Made by a program: the position numbers and the translations under genes | IMG/VR virus record: IMGVR_UViG_3300025534_000027 | Span: 1 to 32,031 of that record | Origin: a virus | Lineage: Duplodnaviria; Caudoviricetes | Strand: one strand, 5' to 3' | Length of the DNA stretch: 32,031 nt | Shown here: piece after piece, positions 1 through 7,519 of the stretch | How positions within the stretch are numbered: position 1 is the stretch's first letter | Layout: each line of letters begins with the position of its first letter | Notes under the pieces: generated by a model | The model's database searches: none | The model's input: the letters and a program-made list of their open reading frames with translations, nothing else | Told to the model about the DNA's origin: nothing

Positions 1-252
1 ACACTCACACGCGACCGAGTAGCGAGAAAAAGACAGATCAGAATGACATGGCGAGCGCTTAGATGGGAGGCGCTCGCCTCTATTTTGCAATCCGTGCAAG
101 ATGAGTTTATCCAGTTCACTTATCCTGATCCTATGACAGGCACACAGCGCACCGGGACATTTTACGCGGGGGATCGGACAGGGGCGTATGCTTTCGAACG
201 AAATGGCGTTTACTGGTGGGACGGTTTAACGATGACATTGACGGAGAGGTGA
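1..252 (+). CDS. Phage tail-module protein, 5'-truncated (DUF6711-like / distal-tail-associated)
   Basis: Frame open from base 1 (TLTRDRVARKRQIRMTW...YPDPMTG...FYAGDR...LTER); directly upstream of the large tail gene. Confidence 0.6.
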   Translation, partial: TLTRDRVARKRQIRMTWRALRWEALASILQSVQDEFIQFTYPDPMTGTQRTGTFYAGDRTGAYAFERNGVYWWDGLTMTLTER

Positions 253-256
253 GAAC

Positions 257-2527
257 ATGCAGTCGATATCCAATGTATTCAAGGAATATTTGCGGCAACG
301 TAACCGGGAATGGCTTGTAAAAGTCGATATTGCTGGTGAAGAATATGGCAGCGAAACGATCGTTGATTTTACCGTTGAAACCAGCGTATCGACAGGCGAA
401 GAACTCGAAATCGGTACCGCGAATATTTCAAAACTCACCCTCCGCCTCAAGAAAACCATAACCGTCCCGCCGAACGCTCGTGTCGTGCCCTATGTTGCAC
501 TCAGCTTGCCGGAAGAATATGAAGGCAATGCTGGTGTTGCATGGCAGGACAACGAGGATACCTGGGAAACGGCTGATTACCTGTGGAATGGTGCTGTAAC
601 CGAGTGGCTGCCGATGGGTGAGTTTTTTGTGGACACCCGCCAAATTGTACAAGGCCATATCCTCGAACTGACATGCGTGGATCGGATGCGGTTCGCAGAT
701 ATCGCTTATGTTTCGTCGCTGACTTATCCCACGACCATGCAGGCGGTATGGGATGAGGTATGCGACCGTGCCGGTTTTGCGTATGGCGACAGCGTACAGA
801 TCAATCCGAGTTATCAGATCGAGGTCGGCCCAGCGGGATATACATGCCGTCAGGTACTCGGTTATATCGCCGCTGCACACGGAGCTTGTGTGTATGTGGA
901 TCGCTGGGGAATAATCCAGTGGCGGAAATTCTCGGCCTCAGATACGCCGGTTGAGACCTTCACAAAAGCGGATTATGGCCGCGTGAAGGAGACTGGTCCG
1001 GTGAAAACTTATACGCGCATCGTGGTGGTCTACAATCCCGACGATGGGCTGGTATTTGAGGCTGGATCAGGAGACGAAGCGCATACCCTTTACATCGAAA
1101 ATCCGTTCGCTACACCGCAGATGGTTCAGAATCTGTACGCGCAGTTGAATGGCTTTTCATATGCGCCCGTTGATATGGATGTCAGGGGCTATCCGCAGTT
1201 TGACGCTGGAGATCGAATCCGTTATGGTACTCCGGCTGAAGAGCTGACGTGGAATGCCGCAGACATTGCGTGGCAAGACGCAGACACCACATGGGATGGC
1301 TTCGAAGGTTCCCAGCCGCAAGGCATTACATTGCTGATGAATGTGCGATACACCTTCAAAGGCGGCCTGCGAATGGAATTCGAAGCCCCCGCGCGGTCGG
1401 AGCAGCAAAGCGAATTCCGAGTTGAAGGATTGCTTACGCAACAAATCAACCGCCTGCGAGCGACAACGGTGCGAGAAGGGCGGAGTTATTACGGCCTGAC
1501 CATCACACGCCAGCGTGGGCTTGAGATCGAGCGCGAAGACCACAAGTCTAAACTCACGCTCAACAGTGATGAGATGGACTGGAAGGTCAACGGTCAATCC
1601 AGTCTGTATTTTGATGCTCAAGCCGAAAAACTCAAGTTCCGCGGCGATATCGAGATGTTGGGCGGTACGATCAACTGGAACAACGTTAACAGTGATCCCC
1701 AGACCACCGATGCTCAGAACAAAATCCAGCAGATTGTCAATGGTACGTACACGGGCGGCACGTTTATCTCAGGCAACCAGATTTACTCGCCCAATATTTA
1801 TGGCGGTTCGATCAGCATCGGCAGCGGAAATAACATATTCCGCGCCGATTCTGCCGGGATTTGGGCGGGTCATGCTAACTTTGCGAATGCGCCTTTCAGC
1901 GTCAATATGAGCGGCCATATGAAAGCGGTTGGCGGAGAATTTAGCGGAACAATTAGCGCGTCCACGATCAACGGAGGAAACATCTCAGGGGCTACAATAT
2001 CCGGCGGGATCATCACGGGTGCGATGATTCAAGGTGCGACAATTCAGACATCGGTAACTTACCCGAGAATCGAGTTATCGGGTAATGATCTCTTCGCGTA
2101 TAGAGACGCCAGCAATTACATCATGATTGATCCTGACGGCCCGGCCATCTCCGCAATGTCCGGATCGACAGTGCGTTTTTACCTGGGGCACATGACCTAT
2201 GGAGGGCTCCTGCAATCGCACGGATATATCATCATTTCGGCAGACAATGGGATTTCATTGCAGACATCAAATGTGATTGAGGTCCCGAGTTGGAGCCAAT
2301 TGCGTTCGGCAAACTCGTACCAAGATTTACAAAGTGCAATAAATCAGATTTGGAGCAGCATCGCCGATTTGTGGAACGCTTTAGATGGTAAAGCGGATAA
2401 AGGTTCATTAACTGGAACAGCAGGCCCATATAACGGCGGCATTCCAATTGGGACAAATCTGATGACCTCCGGAGGTGGCGTTGTAACCTGGAGTGGTATC
2501 CCGGCACACAGCCACGTCCAATCATAG
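257..2527 (+). CDS. Tail-associated / baseplate hub-tail spike protein (Tal-like)
   Basis: 756 aa; GGAGAGG RBS; N-terminal hub-like region (LPMGEFFVD, CRQVLGYIAAAHG); C-terminal Gly/Ile/Thr-rich beta-helix-like repeats (GTISASTINGGNISGATISGG); position before lysis genes. Confidence 0.75.
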   Translation: MQSISNVFKEYLRQRNREWLVKVDIAGEEYGSETIVDFTVETSVSTGEELEIGTANISKLTLRLKKTITVPPNARVVPYVALSLPEEYEGNAGVAWQDNEDTWETADYLWNGAVTEWLPMGEFFVDTRQIVQGHILELTCVDRMRFADIAYVSSLTYPTTMQAVWDEVCDRAGFAYGDSVQINPSYQIEVGPAGYTCRQVLGYIAAAHGACVYVDRWGIIQWRKFSASDTPVETFTKADYGRVKETGPVKTYTRIVVVYNPDDGLVFEAGSGDEAHTLYIENPFATPQMVQNLYAQLNGFSYAPVDMDVRGYPQFDAGDRIRYGTPAEELTWNAADIAWQDADTTWDGFEGSQPQGITLLMNVRYTFKGGLRMEFEAPARSEQQSEFRVEGLLTQQINRLRATTVREGRSYYGLTITRQRGLEIEREDHKSKLTLNSDEMDWKVNGQSSLYFDAQAEKLKFRGDIEMLGGTINWNNVNSDPQTTDAQNKIQQIVNGTYTGGTFISGNQIYSPNIYGGSISIGSGNNIFRADSAGIWAGHANFANAPFSVNMSGHMKAVGGEFSGTISASTINGGNISGATISGGIITGAMIQGATIQTSVTYPRIELSGNDLFAYRDASNYIMIDPDGPAISAMSGSTVRFYLGHMTYGGLLQSHGYIIISADNGISLQTSNVIEVPSWSQLRSANSYQDLQSAINQIWSSIADLWNALDGKADKGSLTGTAGPYNGGIPIGTNLMTSGGGVVTWSGIPAHSHVQS

Positions 2528-2558
2528 CGCAACCAATAATGATATCCCGCGTATAATT

Positions 2559-2567
2559 TGGTATAAT
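2559..2567 (+). promoter_or_regulatory. Extended -10 sigma-A promoter element (TGgTATAAT) for moron gene
   Basis: TGGTATAAT about 30 nt upstream of ATG 2600; only a weak -35 (ATGATA) at 17 bp. Confidence 0.55.
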
Positions 2568-2599
2568 GTGCTTACCAAATTATGAACGGGGGAAGGGAA

Positions 2600-3226
2600 A
2601 TGAGAAAGGTAATTGTATCCTTTGTCGCTGGTATATTGGTTGCGATTGGAACAAGCGCCGCGTATGCGGAAGTAACGTCAATGATCGGGAAACGGGTAGA
2701 CGGACAGTTTCCTCTTAAAATTGGCGGGGAATTGTCTGAAATACCTGCGATTACGATTGAGGGCGTGTCGTATATTCCGCTTCGCGCGGCAGGAGATCTT
2801 TTGGGTGCTAAGGTATCATGGCTGGACGGTGAAATCATTATGGTGAAGACAAACGAAATGTATGGAGAGACTCCTCCTACTGCTGAAGAAATGGCGGAGA
2901 TTGCGCGGATTGAACAGGAGAGATTGTTACAAGAAACCGAAAAAAAGAATGAGGTTCTTATCCAGATCAGTCACCTCCGCGGCAAGATTCAAACACTTCA
3001 ATTTAAAATCAACGCATTAAAACGAGAAGTCGAAAGCCGCGAAGAAAACTTGAAAAAGATGCCCGAATATGTCATCTCAAATGGGGAACGTGTCCTCTAT
3101 GAAGGCTCCGATTTACAGAAGAAACATCAGGAAGATTTGGCAAATCTGAAGGCCGAACTCGCCGAACTCGAAGCCGAACTCGCCGAACTCGAAAAACAAA
3201 AAGCAGAACTTGAAGAAGCGTCCTAA
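2600..3226 (+). CDS. Exported moron protein: signal peptide, copper-amine-oxidase N-terminal (stalk)-like domain, coiled coil
   Basis: MRKVIVSFVAGILVAIGTSAAYA signal peptide; GVSYIPLRAAGDLLGAKVSW motif; heptad tail (AELAELEAELAELE); own promoter and terminator. Confidence 0.7.
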   Translation: MRKVIVSFVAGILVAIGTSAAYAEVTSMIGKRVDGQFPLKIGGELSEIPAITIEGVSYIPLRAAGDLLGAKVSWLDGEIIMVKTNEMYGETPPTAEEMAEIARIEQERLLQETEKKNEVLIQISHLRGKIQTLQFKINALKREVESREENLKKMPEYVISNGERVLYEGSDLQKKHQEDLANLKAELAELEAELAELEKQKAELEEAS

Positions 3227-3243
3227 TCAGGGCGTTTTCTTTC

Positions 3244-3266
3244 ACCCTCCCATCGCGGAGGGTTTT
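3244..3266 (+). terminator. Probable intrinsic terminator after moron
   Basis: ACCCTCC-catcgc-GGAGGGT hairpin followed by TTTATTATT. Confidence 0.55.
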
Positions 3267-3282
3267 ATTATTACCTGAAAGG

Positions 3283-3504
3283 GTGGTTAAAGTGGAGCAA
3301 AACATCACAATGCAAGGTGGAAAAATCTATCATGGCGTTGTAGTCCAATCAAATGTGGCTCCGGGAGAATCGATCGAGGAGCGCATTCGCCAGATTGTAC
3401 GGGAGGAAATTGCCGCCCACGAGGAGCGGCGACATCAGGAAGTTATCGATTTTCTCGCTGCGACTGCAGAGCTTGTTCGTGGTACTTCTGAATCGCGATT
3501 GTAG
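3283..3504 (+). CDS. Hypothetical small protein
   Basis: 73-aa ORF (start may be GTG 3292); EERIRQIVREEIA helix typical of small Bacillales phage proteins. Confidence 0.5.
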   Translation: MVKVEQNITMQGGKIYHGVVVQSNVAPGESIEERIRQIVREEIAAHEERRHQEVIDFLAATAELVRGTSESRL

Positions 3505-3622
3505 CGGCTCTTGCGGCAATTTTGACTACATCCATTGGGTAAACCGTCTTTCCAAAACGCTTGTTTTCGCCTTGAAACTCTTCAACAATGCGTCTTTCTA
3601 ACTGCTTGAAATCGATGTCCAA
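3443..3622 (-). CDS. Small antisense-strand protein, 59 aa (MDIDFKQLERRIVEEFQGENKRFGK...QRENR), absent from ORF track
   Basis: GGGAGG RBS, TTG start at 3622, TAA at 3443-3445; sigma-H-like promoter upstream. Confidence 0.65.
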   Translation of the reverse strand: MDIDFKQLERRIVEEFQGENKRFGKTVYPMDVVKIAARAATIAIQKYHEQALQSQRENR

Positions 3623-3667
3623 TGAACAAACCTCCCTTCTCTCGAAAATAGGCCGGGCAGCCTATCC

Positions 3668-3693
3668 ATTCGACAGCACGGGAGGTTTTTCCT
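3668..3693 (-). promoter_or_regulatory. Sigma-H-like promoter
   Basis: Minus strand AGGA-aaaacctcccgtgctgtc-GAAT, matching the Bacillus sigma-H pattern. Confidence 0.5.
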
Positions 3694-3719
3694 TGCAAAC
3701 AAACGTTCGGAGGTGCGAC

Positions 3720-3944
3720 ATGCCCGAAATCACTCATATCATCCGGGCTGACATAAACCTATCCCAACAGCCCGTGCAGGAGCTTTGTACCGTGATCGCG
3801 GCGGTGCTACCAGCGTATCCGGGGCGGGAGCAGGATATCCTGCTCAAGCTGCGCGAGGCGATCGACGGTCACCTGAAAACGCTGGGAAAGGAGGCAGAAC
3901 AACGTGGCGCAAATCGAATTGCTGCAGCCGACCGAAAAGATTAA
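3720..3944 (+). CDS. Hypothetical protein (74 aa, MPEITHII...)
   Basis: GGAGGT RBS before ATG 3720; overlaps next gene. Confidence 0.6.
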   Translation: MPEITHIIRADINLSQQPVQELCTVIAAVLPAYPGREQDILLKLREAIDGHLKTLGKEAEQRGANRIAAADRKD

Positions 3945-4446
3945 AGATTCCTACGGCAAGATCAACAACAGCCTGACGAACCTTAACAACGAATCTACAA
4001 GCCACATAGCAAAAAAAGTCACCGACTCCGGTGGTGCACATGGGCTTGTGATCGAGTCCGGGACGTTTACGCCATTTATTTTCGGCAGCACTACACCCGG
4101 AAGCAATACGTATGATATCCGCAATGCCTATTATCTAAAAATCGGTAATCGTGTATTTTTTGATATTTACATGCATGTGACAAAAGACCCCAATATGGCC
4201 GGGAATGTCAATATCGGTGGCCTTCCTTTCACGCCGAAGAATGATCAAAACCGTCGAGTTAGTGTGTCGATTGGACGGTTGGACCACCTTTCATATGGAC
4301 AAGCAAAACAAATTACCGCGCTTATTTTTCCAAACCAACCATCGATTAATCTATATAAGGTCATGGATGGTGGGGCAATTCAAAGTGTAGTTGCTTCGGA
4401 CTTTACCCTTCTTTTTATCGGGATTTCTGGAAACTACGAAGTATAG
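3904..4446 (+). CDS. Tail fibre / receptor-binding-like protein
   Basis: N-terminal KINNSLTNL motif; C-terminal head-like domain (ESGTFTP...YLKIGNRVF...IGGLPFTP...ISGNYEV); AT-richer 3' part. Confidence 0.65.
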   Translation: MAQIELLQPTEKIKDSYGKINNSLTNLNNESTSHIAKKVTDSGGAHGLVIESGTFTPFIFGSTTPGSNTYDIRNAYYLKIGNRVFFDIYMHVTKDPNMAGNVNIGGLPFTPKNDQNRRVSVSIGRLDHLSYGQAKQITALIFPNQPSINLYKVMDGGAIQSVVASDFTLLFIGISGNYEV

Positions 4447-4456
4447 GAGTGATAAT

Positions 4457-4726
4457 ATGACTGAAAAAGTATTTCTTGACATGCTCACTCAAGACGGTGT
4501 AAGCATTCGAAAAGAAAAATTCGTGGCAATCGAAGGCGTAGAACAGCGAGTCGGAGAACCTTGGCGCAGGGCGTATGCAAACAGCGTTTTTGGTCGTCAA
4601 CAAGTGCAGGAAGAAGTGCCGGAACCATACCGCTCGGCCATCTTTGCGGTGTGGGGCGAGTCTCCGACGGTCGCCGATCCGGTTGGGGAATCGCCGGCCG
4701 AAGAAGATGCAGGCTCTGCTGAATAA
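4457..4726 (+). CDS. Conserved phage protein following fibre gene (possible fibre chaperone)
   Basis: AGGAG RBS, ATG 4457; position after fibre gene. Confidence 0.55.
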   Translation: MTEKVFLDMLTQDGVSIRKEKFVAIEGVEQRVGEPWRRAYANSVFGRQQVQEEVPEPYRSAIFAVWGESPTVADPVGESPAEEDAGSAE

Positions 4727-4758
4727 GCGGGGCCTCATTTGTTGTGGGAGGTGGTCCG

Positions 4759-5049
4759 ATGGACAATGTCTCGTCGATCGTGGCGGCTATCTCGGCCGCC
4801 GCCGCAATCACTACCATCCTCGTCGGTTGGCTCGGCCGGGCGCGGACTGTCCGAAAAGACGGCGCTCAGGACGGCGAGCTGCGCGCCAGCGTTGAGTATA
4901 TCGCGCGCGGTGTGGATGATCTGCGGGTGGAGATACGCAGTCAGGGTCAGCGCTACGATATGCTGGCGGAGAGGGTGACGCGTGTCGAAGAGAGCGCGAA
5001 GCAGGCACATCGGCGGATTGACCGCCTCGAAAACGAAGGGAGAGGTTGA
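4759..5049 (+). CDS. XhlA-like / holin-accessory membrane protein
   Basis: One N-terminal TM helix plus coiled coil ending RVTRVEESAKQAHRRIDRLE; precedes holin. Confidence 0.65.
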   Translation: MDNVSSIVAAISAAAAITTILVGWLGRARTVRKDGAQDGELRASVEYIARGVDDLRVEIRSQGQRYDMLAERVTRVEESAKQAHRRIDRLENEGRG

Positions 5050-5261
5050 AAATGACGAAAAAATGGATTAAAGCTGCAACGATTCGCGCCGTTCGGACTG
5101 CTGCACAAGCGGCACTTGCTGCAATCGGCTCTGCAACAATGTTCGGTGAGGTGGACTGGCGAGTTGTAGGAAGCACGGCCCTGCTGGCGGCTATCGTTAG
5201 CGTCCTTATGAGCATCAAGGGGCTGCCGGAAGTCGAGAATGGCGAGGGTGACGGCGAATGA
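5046..5261 (+). CDS. Holin (r1t-type family) with Met-Lys-Met dual start
   Basis: WIKAATIRAVRTAAQAALA...VDW...SVLMSIKGLPEV signature; two TM segments; TTG-AAA-ATG start. Confidence 0.85.
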   Translation: MKMTKKWIKAATIRAVRTAAQAALAAIGSATMFGEVDWRVVGSTALLAAIVSVLMSIKGLPEVENGEGDGE

Positions 5262-5896
5262 CTCGTAACGAGTTTTTCGCCACTCTCGCCCCGCATGCGA
5301 TCCGCGCGCGTCAAGAAGGATCGCCGCTGTTTGTATCCGTCCGGCTGGCACAGAATTTGCTTGAAACCGGGGGCAAAATCCATTCGTGGAACAACCTCGG
5401 CGGTATTAAGGTCGGGTCAGGTAAGCCTAACGAGTGGTGGGATGGCAGCTATGTCAAAAAAGGCACATGGGAAGTAGTAAACGGCCAGAAAGTCGATACA
5501 ACGGCTGCATTTCGCGCGTACAAGTCGATCTATCACTTTTACCGAGATCAAGACCTGCTGTTCCAAAACAAACGCTATGAGCGCGTGAGAAACGCCAAAA
5601 CACCGGAGGAACAAGCGGAAGCGCTGCGGCTGTGCGGATACGCCACAGACCCGGAGTATGGACTGAAAATCTGCAACATCATCAGCATGTACAACCTCAA
5701 AAAATATGATCAGGAGGCGGACAACAAAATGCAGTTGAGTAATTATCAATGGCAGCGGATCGAGACCGGGGTTAAGTCCTTGCTCGACCGGAAGATTATC
5801 TCTGATCAAGGGTGGCTTGAGAAGGCCCAAAAGCGGACGCTCACGCGGGACGAGTTGGCATGGCTCACCTTTGAGCTTGTAGCAAACCCGCGTTAA
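5258..5896 (+). CDS. Endolysin, glycoside hydrolase family 73 (glucosaminidase)
   Basis: AQNLLETG catalytic Glu, NNLGGIK, FRAYKS, GYATDPEY motifs; short C-terminal putative binding domain; overlaps holin stop. Confidence 0.9.
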   Translation: MTRNEFFATLAPHAIRARQEGSPLFVSVRLAQNLLETGGKIHSWNNLGGIKVGSGKPNEWWDGSYVKKGTWEVVNGQKVDTTAAFRAYKSIYHFYRDQDLLFQNKRYERVRNAKTPEEQAEALRLCGYATDPEYGLKICNIISMYNLKKYDQEADNKMQLSNYQWQRIETGVKSLLDRKIISDQGWLEKAQKRTLTRDELAWLTFELVANPR

Positions 5897-5904
5897 TGAT
5901 GGAA

Positions 5905-5938
5905 CCCCGCTCGGCTATACGCTGGGTGGGGATTTTTT
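5905..5938 (+). terminator. Intrinsic terminator of late/lysis operon
   Basis: CCCCGCTCGGC-tatac-GCTGGGTGGGG then ATTTTTT; sits between convergent genes. Confidence 0.75.
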
Positions 5939-6136
5939 GCTTTGGGCATACACTTCCGCCCGATCCCGTCTCCACAGCGGCCGCCCCTCGAACACCGCGT
6001 CCGGCCGGGGAAAGCGCCCCCGATAGGTGGGTTTCAGCGCCCGTTGGCCAGCCAGACTGACGTTCTGCTGGGTGGTGCCGAGGAGCCGCGCAAATTCGGC
6101 AGCGCCGATGAGTTCAAGTGGTTGGTTTTCAGTCAT
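5915..6136 (-). CDS. Small helix-turn-helix protein (AlpA/excisionase-like)
   Basis: LIGAAEFARLLGTTQQNVS HTH plus FPRPD...GRPLWRR wing; ATG 6136 overlapping upstream stop. Confidence 0.7.
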   Translation of the reverse strand: MTENQPLELIGAAEFARLLGTTQQNVSLAGQRALKPTYRGRFPRPDAVFEGRPLWRRDRAEVYAQSKKSPPSV

Positions 6137-6812
6137 TGGTGTCACCCTTTCGTTCTGCTTTTTCCAGGTACGGTTTGTGGTATTGTTCCTCGAGCGCTTT
6201 TCGGTCCGCGATCGCTTCCGCAAGCGTGCGCCGTATGGGCCCCCAAATACGTTTACCCTTGACCGAGATGTGCGCCTCGAAATACACCGTACCTTTTCGT
6301 ACGCGACGATACACGCCCTTGATGCCTGTACCGCTGTCCGACCTGACCTTTTTGGTCAGTAGCGGCACCTGTACGCCGTCAACGGTGTATTTGGTGTCGA
6401 GTGCTTGTCTTGCAGCGCGAATGTGATCGTGCTTAGAACACCCGCATGTAGCTGCTCCGCCAATGCGCAAAATGGTCGCCGTAAACGGTTGGAGGTTTCC
6501 GCATCTGTGACATTTACAGAGCCATAACGCTTGCCCACGCTCGTTCGTCCCGGCACGCTCAATCACTTCGAGGTCGCCGAAGCGCTGACCGGTTAGGTCA
6601 AGGGCATTCGGTGGCGTCCGTTTTCGCAGGCAGCCGCACGACTTTTTTCTGCCGGTCTGAAGTTGGCTCTTGGTGGCGACAGTGGTTTCGCCACAGGAGC
6701 ATCGGCAGATATATGCCTTCTCTTTTCGAACTTTTTCCGGCGACTCCTCGATGACCTCGAGCTCTCCGTACTTTTGACCGGGCATGATTTGTTGTCCTCT
6801 CAATAGCACCAC
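6129..6812 (-). CDS. AP2-domain DNA-binding protein with two Cys-rich repeats (HNH-AP2 related, no evident HNH)
   Basis: Two GQ(K/R)(Y/F)G.L.VIE...C.C..CG...(S/T)CGC repeats; C-terminal SGTGIKGVY...FEAHISVKGKRIWG...EAIADRKALEEQY AP2 motif; exact start uncertain. Confidence 0.75.
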   Translation of the reverse strand: MVLLRGQQIMPGQKYGELEVIEESPEKVRKEKAYICRCSCGETTVATKSQLQTGRKKSCGCLRKRTPPNALDLTGQRFGDLEVIERAGTNERGQALWLCKCHRCGNLQPFTATILRIGGAATCGCSKHDHIRAARQALDTKYTVDGVQVPLLTKKVRSDSGTGIKGVYRRVRKGTVYFEAHISVKGKRIWGPIRRTLAEAIADRKALEEQYHKPYLEKAERKGDTND

Positions 6813-6820
6813 CTCTACAT

Positions 6821-6884
6821 GCAGGTTGAGCGGAAGCCGCCGAAGCGGCTGCGCCGGGATTCTCGGCGCTCTCCCTAGCCCTGC
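6821..6884 (-). ncRNA. Twister-sister-like ribozyme, copy 2 (variant or degenerate)
   Basis: GCAGG GCUAG GGA GA GCGCCG-AGAAUCC-CGGCGC AGCCGC-UUCG-GCGGCU UCC GCUCAA CCUGC; identical P1 and internal loop to copy 1, covarying P2, altered hairpin loop. Confidence 0.7.
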
Positions 6885-7354
6885 GTTTTTCTTCTTCCCA
6901 ACGGATCGAGAACCGATATATCAGGTTCCGATTTCGGTTCCGGTTCCGTCGCATGGTCAACATAAAATTCAATTCCTGCTGTCTGGCTGCCCACCCATCT
7001 AATCTCATAAACCCCGAAACCTTGATCGAATCCACCATATTCTCCATAATGTTCTCTTCCTATACGGTCGAACAGCCTCTGGCTATCAAGATTATCGGGA
7101 GCTGCGAAGACTCGGTCGTATTGGCCAGAAATCCACGCGATAAATGTGCTCCCGAATCCTTTGTTGCGGTATCCGTCGTAGATGTCAATCCTGTCGATGT
7201 ATGCATCCATTCCATCACTTTCATTGTCTTCTTTGCCTTTCAAAAACTCAGTAACATATGCGTAACCAACTTTTTCTCCGTTGACATACATTACATAAGT
7301 GACGGTCTCATTTCCATCGAGATAGTACCGTCGATATTCGCGGATTTTGATCAT
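6875..7354 (-). CDS. GNAT-family N-acetyltransferase
   Basis: GGAGG RBS, ATG 7354; acetyl-CoA motif A (YIDRIDIYDGYRNKGFGSTFI) and NLDSQRLFDRIG; stop TAG lies inside ribozyme copy 2. Confidence 0.8.
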   Translation of the reverse strand: MIKIREYRRYYLDGNETVTYVMYVNGEKVGYAYVTEFLKGKEDNESDGMDAYIDRIDIYDGYRNKGFGSTFIAWISGQYDRVFAAPDNLDSQRLFDRIGREHYGEYGGFDQGFGVYEIRWVGSQTAGIEFYVDHATEPEPKSEPDISVLDPLGRRKTQG

Positions 7355-7388
7355 TTTCAACGCCTCCACTTCGTGATTTCCTGCCATC

Positions 7389-7453
7389 GCAGGTTGAGCG
7401 CCGCGCCCCTTTCGGGGCGGTCCCGGCTTGCACGGGACTGGGCCTAGCCCTGC
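7389..7453 (-). ncRNA. Twister-sister self-cleaving ribozyme (three-way junction type), copy 1
   Basis: GCAGG GCUAG GCC CA GUCCCG-UGCAAGC-CGGGAC C GCCCC-GAAA-GGGGC GC GGC GCUCAA CCUGC; all stems pair; UGCAAG loop and GCUCA cleavage strand match the twister-sister consensus as recalled. Confidence 0.9.
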
Positions 7454-7502
7454 TCGTCAGTCTCGCGGCTCCCATCCCTTCGACTCGGCGAAACGTGCAT
7501 CC

Positions 7503-7519
7503 GGCCATCGTCAGGCGGG
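7503..7519 (-). repeat. 17-bp direct repeat, copy A (CCCGCCTGACGATGGCC on minus strand)
   Basis: Identical to 7829-7845; contains the TGA stop of 7511-7726. Confidence 0.85.

Noticed and set aside
3904-4446. Diversity-generating retroelement target
   Set aside because: No reverse transcriptase and no template/variable repeat pair seen in the window
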